Source: an uncultured Deferribacteres bacterium
GTDB lineage: Bacteria > Zhuqueibacterota > Zhuqueibacteria > Zhuqueibacterales > Geothermadaptataceae
Direction of reading: 5' to 3'
DNA: 44,440 nt
Assembly (NCBI GenBank): GCA_964014485.1
Contig: CAXHAT010000044.1
Location: forward strand, 1 to 44,440
The first letter of the stretch is position 1. Each line of letters begins with the position of its first letter. This document shows positions 35,524 to 44,440 of this stretch, one piece after another. The notes below the pieces were generated by a model, which saw nothing but the letters and a program-made list of their open reading frames with translations, was not told the origin of the DNA and searched no databases. Both the position numbers and the translations under genes were made by a program.

Positions 35524-37585
35524 CTTATTCCACCGCTTCGGCGAATGGCTCTTGACCAATTCGATGCACGCCGCACTTTTGGCCGGACTTATTTTGGCGC
35601 TGCAACGGCTCTTTCGTAAGCGGCTTTCGCCAAACTGGGTTTACGGCTTGTGGCTGCTGCTCATCTTGAAGCTCGTCGCGCCGTGGTCGCCGGAGAGTTC
35701 TTTGAGCCTGTTTGGTTATTTTAGCTTCGAGCAAATGCAGAGCGGTGATTCCGCCGCTTCTGAAATAGGCGGCTCAGCCTCCAATCGCACCGCACCTTCG
35801 TCCCCGCCATTCAATAACGCCGATTTCTTCGACAAGGATCAGGACGCGGCATTGTTGGCAGACTTTGATTTTTTTACGATTTTTGTTTTTCTATGGCTTG
35901 CCGTTGCTTTCTTCCTTTTCGCTTATTCATCCTTTAAAAACTTCCGTTTGCTGCACGCGATCAAACGCCGCCGTCCGGTCGTCGACGATCGAATTCTAAA
36001 CGTTTTGGAAAATTGCAAGGCCGAACTCAACGTCTATGTTCCGATCAATATAGTCGTCACGGACAGGGTCGAAAGCCCGGCGCTGCTTGGCTATATTCGG
36101 CCAAGACTCCTCATGCCCAAGGATGTGTTGAATTCACTGTCCGAAGCGGATTTGCGCTATGTTTTTTTGCATGAATTGGCGCACATCAAACGCAAGGATA
36201 TTTTCGCCAACTGGGTCATCGCATTTTTGCAAACCTTGCATTGGTTTAATCCATTTCTTTGGCTGGCGTTCAACAGAATGCGCTCCGACCTTGAAATTGC
36301 GTGCGATTATTTTGTGCTGTCTTCGGCACGAAAGAAAGAAAACCAGGCTTATGGCAAAACAATGCTCAAGGTTCTGGAATTGGCTTCTCGCCTAAACCCG
36401 CTGCCGGGGGCCGTCGGGCTTTTGGAAGACAAAAAATATATGCACCGCAGAATGCTCCGCATCAGCCATTCCCTGACCCCGAAAAAAGGCGCAGGCGTCG
36501 CGGCTTGCGCCATCGCGATTTTTTTCGCCGGGACGGTGTTCACCAACCCGCGTACGCCGGATGCGCCCGCTGCGATTGTCGAGCAATTTAAAGAAGCTTT
36601 TGAAGCGAAAGACATTGAAAAACTGAGCGCGCTTTTCCATGACGGTGCAGTTTATCAGGAAATTGACCTGCAAGACAAACCGCTGAATACGGCAAGCGGG
36701 AAAGGGCTGGAGCAGACGTTTCGCCAGAAATTTCTTTATACTTCACGATTTACTTTTTCAAATGTAAGAAGCATCGGCGACACAATCGCTTTCAAGGCGG
36801 CGTTCCGCACGGGCAATTTTGAAGTGGTCGGGGCTTATGAATCGGAAGGATTCTGCAGATTTATTCTCGAAAACGGCAAAATTCAAACGATGTCCTGGCA
36901 GGAAGCGCCGTCGCTAAAAAAACAACGCCGGGAAGTTTTCGATCAATTTGTCAATTGGTTGAAAACTGAGCGGCCGCAAAAATTTAAGGAAGTTTTCGGC
37001 TCAGATTTATTCATCTCATACCGCGCGCAAGGCGAAGAAGTCAACGCGCTCTTTTTTGAGTGGATAAAAATGAAGTCTCAATCTAATGAACAACAAGGAA
37101 AAATGAGCATGAGTACGTCACTTGAAGCAAAACGCATCACGTTGGAAAAAGACATTGTCGCCTTGGTGAAGGAATTTACAGGTCCCTATGAAAATTCGCC
37201 GCAATACGTGACGGAAGTCCAAAGCTATGCAACCGAAAAAGGCGTTTCGTTTGGCCAACATAACGTCTTTGGAATTTACACCGGCGACCCGCAGAAGGAC
37301 AAGCCGGAAGACTTAAAAAGCATACAGGGTGTTCTCATCGATGAGCCTGTTGAAGTCGACGCTCCTTACTTCATTTACACAATGAAAAAGGGCACAGATT
37401 GGATTTTCGTCAGGACGCAGCCAGGCGAGCAGGCGATTGGGCTGCAACAAGGCTACGGCGCACTTTTTACATTCATTGGAATGAATCAAATTCAAGCCGG
37501 AGCCTCGGGCGGGCATCAATTCGCCAAAATGAACGACGACGGCGAAATTTATTTTGACATTTATCTCGAAGTTGACGGAGAATAA
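35504..37585 (+). CDS. BlaR1-like M56 metallopeptidase with non-PBP C-terminal domains
   Basis: LWLLLILKL, SPAL, HELAH, HWFNP and EIACD motifs; then NTF2-like and GyrI-like-looking regions. Confidence 0.88.
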   Translation: MMTPLIDLFHRFGEWLLTNSMHAALLAGLILALQRLFRKRLSPNWVYGLWLLLILKLVAPWSPESSLSLFGYFSFEQMQSGDSAASEIGGSASNRTAPSSPPFNNADFFDKDQDAALLADFDFFTIFVFLWLAVAFFLFAYSSFKNFRLLHAIKRRRPVVDDRILNVLENCKAELNVYVPINIVVTDRVESPALLGYIRPRLLMPKDVLNSLSEADLRYVFLHELAHIKRKDIFANWVIAFLQTLHWFNPFLWLAFNRMRSDLEIACDYFVLSSARKKENQAYGKTMLKVLELASRLNPLPGAVGLLEDKKYMHRRMLRISHSLTPKKGAGVAACAIAIFFAGTVFTNPRTPDAPAAIVEQFKEAFEAKDIEKLSALFHDGAVYQEIDLQDKPLNTASGKGLEQTFRQKFLYTSRFTFSNVRSIGDTIAFKAAFRTGNFEVVGAYESEGFCRFILENGKIQTMSWQEAPSLKKQRREVFDQFVNWLKTERPQKFKEVFGSDLFISYRAQGEEVNALFFEWIKMKSQSNEQQGKMSMSTSLEAKRITLEKDIVALVKEFTGPYENSPQYVTEVQSYATEKGVSFGQHNVFGIYTGDPQKDKPEDLKSIQGVLIDEPVEVDAPYFIYTMKKGTDWIFVRTQPGEQAIGLQQGYGALFTFIGMNQIQAGASGGHQFAKMNDDGEIYFDIYLEVDGE

Positions 37586-37590
37586 CGATC

Positions 37591-38046
37591 ATGAAAATAG
37601 AAGCCGATTCGCCGGAAGATTATCTCGCGCAATTGCCGGAAGACAGAAAAGAAGCCATGACGCAATTAAGAGAAGTGATTCTCAAGAACCTGCCAGGCGG
37701 TTTTGTTGAGATGATGAATTACAACATGCCGTCTTATGTTGTGCCGCATTCGTTGTACCCCGCCGGTTACCACTGCGACCCGAAGCTGCCGCTGCCGTTC
37801 ATGAGCATCGCCTCGCAGAAGAATTTCGTCGCGTTGTACCACATGGGCGTTTACGCCAATCCGGATGTGATGACATGGTTTACCGAAGAGTATGCGAAGC
37901 ATTGCAAGTACAAACTCGACATGGGCAAAAGCTGTATTCGTTTTAAGAGGCTCGACGATATTCCTTACCAACTGATCGGCGAGCTAACGGCAAAAATAAG
38001 CGCCGAAGACTGGATAAATATTTATGAAGCGAACGTGAAGCGTTAG
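37591..38046 (+). CDS. DUF1801 domain protein
   Basis: YVVPHSLYPAGYHC, ASQKN and DMGKSCIRFK motifs. Confidence 0.85.
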   Translation: MKIEADSPEDYLAQLPEDRKEAMTQLREVILKNLPGGFVEMMNYNMPSYVVPHSLYPAGYHCDPKLPLPFMSIASQKNFVALYHMGVYANPDVMTWFTEEYAKHCKYKLDMGKSCIRFKRLDDIPYQLIGELTAKISAEDWINIYEANVKR

Positions 38047-38098
38047 TGGCGTTGCTATACGTCGCTACAAAGAAGACTCAAAAGAAAAGGAGAGAGGA

Positions 38099-38506
38099 AT
38101 GAACCCGACAGTAAGAAATGTGTTAGCCGTCGTTGCGGGCGTCGTGGTTGGCTGGATCGTCAATATGGGCCTGATCTCGATGAGCACTTCCATCATTCCG
38201 CCGCCGGAAGGCGTTGACCCAATGGATGTCGAAAGCATCAAAAAATTTATACATTTGTACGGCCCGCACCATTTTGTCATCCCGTTTTTGGCGCACGCTT
38301 TGGGAACTTTGGCGGGCGCTTTTGTTGCCGCCAAAATTGCTGTCAGTCACCATATGAAATTCGCTCTGGGGATTGGCGCTTTTTTTCTCATAGGCGGAAT
38401 AGCAGCGGCAGTCATGCTCCCTGCGCCGTTATGGTTTGAAGCCTTCGATATCATTGTATCTTATATTCCGATGGGCTGGCTGGGCGGAAAATTGGCCGGG
38501 AAATAA
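38099..38506 (+). CDS. Hypothetical 4-TM membrane protein
   Basis: AAGGAG RBS, hydrophobic segments, PFLAHALGT motif. Confidence 0.85.
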   Translation: MNPTVRNVLAVVAGVVVGWIVNMGLISMSTSIIPPPEGVDPMDVESIKKFIHLYGPHHFVIPFLAHALGTLAGAFVAAKIAVSHHMKFALGIGAFFLIGGIAAAVMLPAPLWFEAFDIIVSYIPMGWLGGKLAGK

Positions 38507-38535
38507 TTTGCCCCCGCGAAAACGATGATTAAAAT

Positions 38536-38567
38536 TGTGGAACGCCGAATTCATCGGGCGTTCCACA
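38536..38567. terminator. Hairpin between convergent genes (terminator- or REP-like)
   Basis: TGTGGAACGCC-10 nt-GGCGTTCCACA. Confidence 0.55.
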
Positions 38568-38582
38568 GCTCAAGTACTCCGG

Positions 38583-39971
38583 TTACTCCAAATCAAACAC
38601 CCGCCCGGGATTCAAAATCCTTTTCGGATCGAGCGTCTTTTTGAGCGCCTGCATCAAGGCAAGCTCCTCCGGCGTTCGCGAATACTTCAAGTAATCCTTT
38701 TTTTCCATGCCGATTCCGTGCTCAGCCGAAATGGATCCGCCGATTTTTTTGAGCGGAGCATAAACGCATTCGTTGACAATTTTCGTCGTCTCAGCGTCAT
38801 CTTCCCCCGCCGAAACGGCCAAATGAAGATTGCCGTCCGCCAAATGGCCAAAGGCGAAAAATTCGAAAAGCGGCCAGGTCTTGCTGAGATTTTTATCGAC
38901 TTCTTGCATGTAATTGTTCATCTCCGGGATCGGCAGGCTGACGTCAAACATGAACATCGGTTCATACTGCCAGAGTTGCTGGACGTCATCGCGCATTTCC
39001 CACATCGTCGCGCGTTCTTTGGCCGTTTGGGCAATCGCCGCGTCTGCAATAAGATCGTGTTGCATTGCCGTTTCGAGCATATTCTGAAAACGTTCGGCGT
39101 CCGCCTCTTGATGCGAACCTTGCGTTTCTATCAAAACATAGTACGGGAATTCATATGACAATGGCGCCGCCGCCTGCGCCGGCGGCGTTGAGACCAAGAT
39201 ATAAAAGTCATGCCAAAAAAGCTCAAACGCATGAAGCGTCCCGCCCGACAAACCATCGACGAGCTTGAGCAGCTTGGCGGCTTTGTCAAAATCGTCCAAG
39301 GCAACAAACGCGGTGTTCTGACTGGTTGGCGCTTCTCTCAATCTCACGACCGCGCGCGTAACGACCCCGAGCGTCCCTTCGCTGCCAATAAACAAATGTT
39401 TGAGATCATACCCCGCGTTGTTTTTGATCATCTGGTTCATCGATGAAAGCACCGTCCCGTCCGCGAGCACAACTTCGAGCCCGAGCGTGCTTTCCCGCAT
39501 CATCCCGTAACGCATCACGCTGACTCCGCCGGCGTTGGTCGCAATATTTCCGCCGATGGTGCAGGAACCGCGCGCGCCCAAATCGAGCGGCATCATCAGC
39601 CCTTCATCTCTCGCCGCTTCTTGCAGGCTTTGCAAAACGACGCCCGCCTGCACCGTCGCGGTTCGATTGACCTTGTCGATCTCCTCGATCTCGTTCATCA
39701 ACTCAAGCGACAAAACAATGTCGTTTTCTTCAGCGATGGCGCCCTGCACCACGCCGGTCAAACCGCCGTGCGTCACGATTGATTGCCCGGCCTCGCTGCA
39801 AATTCGCAATACCGCCGAAACTTCTTCGGTCGTTTCCGGCCGGACAATCGCTTTTGCCCGAATGTTGCCGGGCGAGCCCCAACTCCCTGCGCTGCGGGAA
39901 TGCACGTCGTCTCCCGTCAAAACGTCTCCGGTCTTCAGCGCACCTTTAATTTTATCGATTATTTTGTCCAT
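38583..39971 (-). CDS. FAD-binding oxidoreductase (GlcD/D-2-hydroxyacid dehydrogenase type)
   Basis: GGNIATNAGG, GSEGTLG, GHLADGNLH, SAEHGIG and LNPG motifs. Confidence 0.92.
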   Translation of the reverse strand: MDKIIDKIKGALKTGDVLTGDDVHSRSAGSWGSPGNIRAKAIVRPETTEEVSAVLRICSEAGQSIVTHGGLTGVVQGAIAEENDIVLSLELMNEIEEIDKVNRTATVQAGVVLQSLQEAARDEGLMMPLDLGARGSCTIGGNIATNAGGVSVMRYGMMRESTLGLEVVLADGTVLSSMNQMIKNNAGYDLKHLFIGSEGTLGVVTRAVVRLREAPTSQNTAFVALDDFDKAAKLLKLVDGLSGGTLHAFELFWHDFYILVSTPPAQAAAPLSYEFPYYVLIETQGSHQEADAERFQNMLETAMQHDLIADAAIAQTAKERATMWEMRDDVQQLWQYEPMFMFDVSLPIPEMNNYMQEVDKNLSKTWPLFEFFAFGHLADGNLHLAVSAGEDDAETTKIVNECVYAPLKKIGGSISAEHGIGMEKKDYLKYSRTPEELALMQALKKTLDPKRILNPGRVFDLE

Positions 39972-40185
39972 TTTCAGTTACCCGATTTTATTGAAGAGCA
40001 TTTATCACACGTTAATCTATTCAGCCGAAAGTCAACGACCAAACGCTTTCATTCCAGAGAGATGCAACGCGTGCATAAACGATGGACAACTCGCTGAATC
40101 GTCCTTGCCTCTTTTCAGAAAACGAAATCCATCATCCGTAGGAATCCATTTTGAACACGGGCAAGAAAGGAGTTCATTTTAGAAA

Positions 40186-40428
40186 CTGATGTTATGCACC
40201 GCCGTTTATCACGCGCGATTAAAGCCCGCAGGTAACTTTTTGATTCTCATTAGCTCCGTTCTTCAGAGCGGAGATTTTTAAAGACGCCGTCCCATCCCTT
40301 CCGCCGCGCTGGCGCGGCGGAAGGGATAAAAATGAGCGCTTTGCACGTCACCTGGCTCAAGCCCGGCGCTAATGAAACCATGTTCAAGTCTGAGCAACAA
40401 GCGATGCATTGATCGTGCGTAACATCAG
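40186..40428. mobile_element. MITE (TIR CTGATGTTAYGC) with a 7-bp target duplication, carrying an ATTAG-type REP pair
   Basis: TTAGAAA (40179-40185) | CTGATGTTATGCAC ... GTGCGTAACATCAG | TTAGAAA (40429-40435). Confidence 0.88.
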
Positions 40429-40540
40429 TTAGAAAAGCAAAGAACTTCCTTGAGTATCGAAGTGTGTATTTTCCTGCAATTTCTGTTAGAACAATCCTTT
40501 CCAGTTGGAAACGAACCGCAAACCAAGACCCGTCACAATC

Positions 40541-41716
40541 ATGCGCTTGAAAACTTTCCCCTCCTCCGTTTTAAAAAACCTATCACTCTTCCTCGTTTGT
40601 GCATTTCAGCTTTCCTGCAGCAGCGTTGTTTCAAAATCTCCTGACTCAGTCATCGCCGCGGTGGAACAAGTGCGGGAAGAGTTCTGTCCAGACCGTCGAC
40701 TCTGCGTTTTCGACGTCGATTTAACCGTTCGGGGCAGCAACGTCTATCTGAAAGGCGAAGCAGACGAAGCAGCCGCGATCAATGCGTTAATCGCCAGAGC
40801 GAAAGAAGCCGCGAACGGCTACAAAGTCGAAGTTGACGTTCAAAGGCTTCCAAATGAAACGGTTGGCAGCGATACTTTTGGCGTGGCGAAACAAAGCGTC
40901 GTGAGCATGCGCTCGAAGCCAACCGACAGCTCTGAACTTGTCAACCAGATACTCCTCGGCCAAGACGTCAAGTTGCTCAAAAAGGAAGGCGACTGGCATT
41001 ACGCGCAAACAAACGACGGCTACCTGGGCTGGATTTACGGCGAATTCCTGATCAAAGGCGACGAACGGTGGCTGGCCGAATTTTCACAAGCGACGCGTCT
41101 GAGTTTTACAGAGCAAATTGGAAAAATCTACGCGGCGTCGAATGATTCAGCGTTGGCATTGAGCGAAATTGCAGGCGGCGGACTCGTCGCCGGTGTTGAA
41201 GAAAACGGCGACTGGATGAAAGTCCAACTGCCGGATGACAGAGCTGGATTTATCCATGCCGCGCATCTGGACACGGCGGCAAAATTATTCGCTGAAAGAG
41301 CCATGAACAGAGCTGATCTCGTTGCAAAGGCAAAAGGCTTTTTAGGCCAGCCCTATCTTTGGGGCGGCAACAGCCCGAAAGGTTTTGATTGCTCGGGATT
41401 TACCCAGACCGTTTTTAAGTGGTGCGGCAAGCAACTGCTGCGCGACGCGAGCCAGCAAGTTCGGCAAGGCGCTGCGATAGAGCCGGGCAGCAATTTTGAG
41501 AATCTTTTGCCCGGCGACCTGTTGTTTTTTGAGTCCAGCTCCGGACGCGTCAACCATGTCGGGATTTATATCGGCGATCAAAAATTTATTCACAGTTCAG
41601 GTCGCGAATCGGTCGGCGTTACTATCAATAGTCTCAACTCGAATTCCCCAATTTACAGCGAATATCGCCGAAACGCTTTTCACAGCGCACGGCGTGTGGG
41701 AGATTTTCAATCATGA
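40541..41716 (+). CDS. SH3 + NlpC/P60 (C40) peptidoglycan peptidase, probable lipoprotein
   Basis: QLSC lipobox, two SH3-like segments, PYLWGG..GFDCSG, HVGIY and FIHSS motifs; ATG at 40541. Confidence 0.92.
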   Translation: MRLKTFPSSVLKNLSLFLVCAFQLSCSSVVSKSPDSVIAAVEQVREEFCPDRRLCVFDVDLTVRGSNVYLKGEADEAAAINALIARAKEAANGYKVEVDVQRLPNETVGSDTFGVAKQSVVSMRSKPTDSSELVNQILLGQDVKLLKKEGDWHYAQTNDGYLGWIYGEFLIKGDERWLAEFSQATRLSFTEQIGKIYAASNDSALALSEIAGGGLVAGVEENGDWMKVQLPDDRAGFIHAAHLDTAAKLFAERAMNRADLVAKAKGFLGQPYLWGGNSPKGFDCSGFTQTVFKWCGKQLLRDASQQVRQGAAIEPGSNFENLLPGDLLFFESSSGRVNHVGIYIGDQKFIHSSGRESVGVTINSLNSNSPIYSEYRRNAFHSARRVGDFQS

Positions 41717-43299
41717 AATATGACGTGATAATTATCGGCGGCGGGCACAACGGCCTGGTCGCGGCGGCTTATTTGGCAAAAGCGGGACGCAAAGTCGTCG
41801 TTTTGGAAAAACGATCTGTACCCGGCGGCGCGGCGGCTACGGAAAAGGTTTTTGAAAATTGCTTGATCGATACAGGCGCCCACGACGCTGGATTGTTTCG
41901 ACCGGAAATTGTCAAAGATTTAGGGCTTGCGGAACACGGCCTTGAATTTGTCGAAAGCTCGGTCGCCGCATTTGCGCCGCAGCCTGAAGGCGATCCGCTT
42001 TTTCTTTGGCGCGATTCGGAGAAAAATACCGCTGAAATCGCCGTTCATTCAAAAAAAGACGCTGAGCGTTTTCCTGCTTTTGTCCGGCAAATTCATCGCT
42101 TCGCGGACGTGTTGTCCCAAGTCATGCTCTTGCCGCCGCCCAACCCTCGTGAACGAAACTTTTCCGAGCTTTTTCAATGGCTCAAGCCCGCGCTCAAGCT
42201 CAAAGGTTTGGGCGAACGCGACATGATGGAATTCCTGCGTTTCCTGCCGATGACGGCAACGGAATTTTTAAACGAATGGTTTGAAAACGATCTTTTGAAA
42301 GGCCTGCTCGGCGCGGCCAGCGTGACCGGCAGTCTGCAAGGCCCGCAAAGCGGCGGCACGGCTTTCATGCTGCTCTACCATTATCTCGGCGGCGAAAACG
42401 GCGGGTTTCGCTCCAGCCGATTTGTGCGCAGCGGCGTCGGCAAACTTTCGGAAGCGCTGACGAAAGCCGCCGGTGAGTTCGGCGCGGAAATTCGTTTCAA
42501 TGCGGGAGCCGCAGAGATCAAATTGGCGCAAGGCCGCGCTGTCGGCGTCGTGCTGGAAAACCGTGAAGAGATTCAGGCTGAGACGGTCGTTTCCAGCCTC
42601 GATCCGCGCCTGACTTTCTTCTCGCTCATCGGCGCGCCGAATCTTGAGGTCGCGTTTATGCGGCGCGTGCGCAACATTCGTTTTAAAGGCTCGACCGCGA
42701 AAATCAATCTTGTCGCTTCAGAGCTCCCGGCATTCAAAAATGCGCCTTCCGGCGAGGATCATTTGCGCGGCCACATCATTATCAATCCATCGCTGGATTA
42801 TCTGGAGCGCGCTTACGACGACGCCAAGTACGGGGAGATTTCCAAACATCCGATGCTCGACGTCACGATTCCCACGCTTCATTCGCCCGAAATGGCGCCG
42901 GAAAATCATCACATTCTCTCGATCACGATGCAATTCGCGCCCTACCATCTTCGCGAAGGCGATTGGAAGAACAGCCGTGACGAACTTCTGAAAATCACGC
43001 TCGACAAGCTGGCTGAATATGCGCCGAATGTGAAAGATTCAATCGTGCATCAACAGGTTTTAACGCCGCTGGATTGGGAGCAAGACTACGGCTTGACCGA
43101 AGGCTCTATTTTTCACGGTCAAATGGCGCTCGATCAAATGCTTTTTATGCGTCCGGTTGCGGGTTACGGGCAATACAAAACGCCGATTGACGGCTTGTTT
43201 CTCTGCGGCTCCGGCGCCCACCCCGGCGGCGGCCTTACCGGCGCCCCCGGCCGCAACGCCGCGAAAATCATTTTGAAAAGTACTGCAATGCTGAGTTAG
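41713..43299 (+). CDS. Phytoene dehydrogenase-like NAD(P)/FAD-dependent oxidoreductase
   Basis: GGGHNGLVAA dinucleotide-binding motif; GLFLCGSGAHPGGG C-terminal motif. Confidence 0.92.
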   Translation: MKYDVIIIGGGHNGLVAAAYLAKAGRKVVVLEKRSVPGGAAATEKVFENCLIDTGAHDAGLFRPEIVKDLGLAEHGLEFVESSVAAFAPQPEGDPLFLWRDSEKNTAEIAVHSKKDAERFPAFVRQIHRFADVLSQVMLLPPPNPRERNFSELFQWLKPALKLKGLGERDMMEFLRFLPMTATEFLNEWFENDLLKGLLGAASVTGSLQGPQSGGTAFMLLYHYLGGENGGFRSSRFVRSGVGKLSEALTKAAGEFGAEIRFNAGAAEIKLAQGRAVGVVLENREEIQAETVVSSLDPRLTFFSLIGAPNLEVAFMRRVRNIRFKGSTAKINLVASELPAFKNAPSGEDHLRGHIIINPSLDYLERAYDDAKYGEISKHPMLDVTIPTLHSPEMAPENHHILSITMQFAPYHLREGDWKNSRDELLKITLDKLAEYAPNVKDSIVHQQVLTPLDWEQDYGLTEGSIFHGQMALDQMLFMRPVAGYGQYKTPIDGLFLCGSGAHPGGGLTGAPGRNAAKIILKSTAMLS

Positions 43300-43388
43300 C
43301 CTCAAAAAACAGTCAATGTCTTCATAAGAGCATTTCAAAGACAGTCTAAAGGCCAATGTCACTAACTTTTTGCTCCGTTTGAGTTCAA

Positions 43389-43480
43389 CAAACTGAAGTT
43401 TGAACTACAAACGACAGTGCTTTCGTTTTTCGTCTGAGCCTGAAGAATGCTATGTCGTTTGTAGTTCACGCTTTAGCGTG
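43389..43480. repeat. REPIN family A copy
   Basis: CAAACTGAAGTTTGAACTACAAACGAC ... GTCGTTTGTAGTTCACGCTTTAGCGTG. Confidence 0.85.
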
Positions 43481-43630
43481 TTTTGAGCGGCCTGTTCTGA
43501 GGCGAATTTGATGTTGATGAGATTTAAAAAAATCTGGCGTTCAGTTAATTTTTTCGTTAGTGTGCAACCGCCGGGGTTCTCGGTTCTTAAAATCGTTTCC
43601 TCAAGAATTCTCAAAAATGGAGGGTGCAAG

Positions 43631-44266
43631 ATGAAAATCTCAAGTTTTGCTCAAATCGTTTTCCTTGCCGCGATTCTTTCGCTTTTGACCTGCCGCAGCC
43701 CCAATTCGCCGCCCGTTTTCAGAGCGCCCAACGGCCAAACGCCCGTGACGACGGGCATTATCATTACCGGAGAAAGCGACCCGACTGAACTGGGCCGCTT
43801 TGGAAAGCCGAATCCCAATCCCGAAGCCGTGGGCGATTGCGAGCCGCAGCTCTTCGGTGAATCCAGTCTGATTGAAAAATTCCATTTATACACACCCTAC
43901 CCCAATCCGGACAATGGCAGCCAAACAATTCATTTTTCTGTGCAGTGCTCGACTCGCGTCACCATCTTTGTTACGCCGGCGAGTTTTTTGAGCCCGGAGA
44001 ATGAAATCGTGCGTTTTGCAAACGGCGCCGCGAGGCAGACCGGGGGACTTGCAGTCAGTGTTGTGTTTGATCGATTCGCTGCGCCGGGAATTTACAGCGC
44101 AATTTGGGGCAGCCGTGATGCGGATGGTCGGAATTTACCGGACGGTTTTTACAGAATTTATCTCAAAACCGATGATATTTTGCTCTGGCAGGATACGCTG
44201 CTTGCACGCGATCCTTGCAATCTCCCGCCAGTATTAAATCTGCTCGGTGAAGGCGGTTGTCGTTAA
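43631..44266 (+). CDS. Putative lipoprotein with an FlgD-like Ig domain
   Basis: GGAGG RBS, ATG at 43631, LLTC lipobox, YPNP and GRNLPDGFYRIYL motifs. Confidence 0.75.
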   Translation: MKISSFAQIVFLAAILSLLTCRSPNSPPVFRAPNGQTPVTTGIIITGESDPTELGRFGKPNPNPEAVGDCEPQLFGESSLIEKFHLYTPYPNPDNGSQTIHFSVQCSTRVTIFVTPASFLSPENEIVRFANGAARQTGGLAVSVVFDRFAAPGIYSAIWGSRDADGRNLPDGFYRIYLKTDDILLWQDTLLARDPCNLPPVLNLLGEGGCR

Positions 44267-44413
44267 ATCAGAAGTCAATGCTTCACGCTTGGATTGGGCA
44301 TTGGCCCGCCCATTTGGTTGGGGTCGCAAGCCGTCCAAAAAACCCTGGCGCTCAGCAACGTGTTTCATTAGTTTGAGCACGTCAAAAGAATTCTCAAAAA
44401 TGGAGGGTGCAAG

Positions 44414-44440
44414 ATGAAAATCTCAAGTTTTGCTCAAATC
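44414..44440 (+). CDS. Start of a probable tandem paralogue of 43631-44266 (cut by the window edge)
   Basis: 44386-44440 is identical to 43603-43657 (RBS plus MKISSFAQI). Confidence 0.6.

Noticed and set aside
38043..38068. TAGTGGCGT..ACGTCGCTAC degenerate REP-like hairpin after DUF1801
   Set aside because: Imperfect and single copy in the window; too weak to call
44267..44385. Possible riboswitch or structured leader
   Set aside because: GC-rich patches but no consensus of a riboswitch class I can recognise

Overview
Bacterial chromosomal window. Lineage is not determinable from the sequence alone; gene content is loosely suggestive of a KSB1/Calditrichota-like environmental organism (inference only). 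About 37 intact CDS, mostly housekeeping or accessory enzymes: SulP, SpoIID/LytB, a serine beta-lactamase-like/VanX fusion, M48 and M20 peptidases, a radical SAM protein, hydrolases, GNATs, ArsC, nrfHA, livH/livG-type genes, aroC, a KdgK-like kinase, a BlaI/BlaR1-like pair and NlpC/P60. The most interesting signals are outside the ORF track. (1) A decayed integron at about 3.9-6.9 kb: an IntI N-terminal remnant, an accessory ORF fragment, four palindromic operator-like repeats, an attI-like site and two cassettes with canonical attC sites. (2) A DUF3800 RNase-H-like gene with a convergent, structured ~65-nt small-RNA candidate, lying between livG and a synonymously diverged copy of the livG 3' end. 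(3) A MITE family with 7-8 bp target duplications that carries REP/REPIN hairpins as cargo, a second MITE with a 15-bp direct repeat, and several REPIN families with compensatory base changes. No rRNA, tRNA or CRISPR array was recognised.
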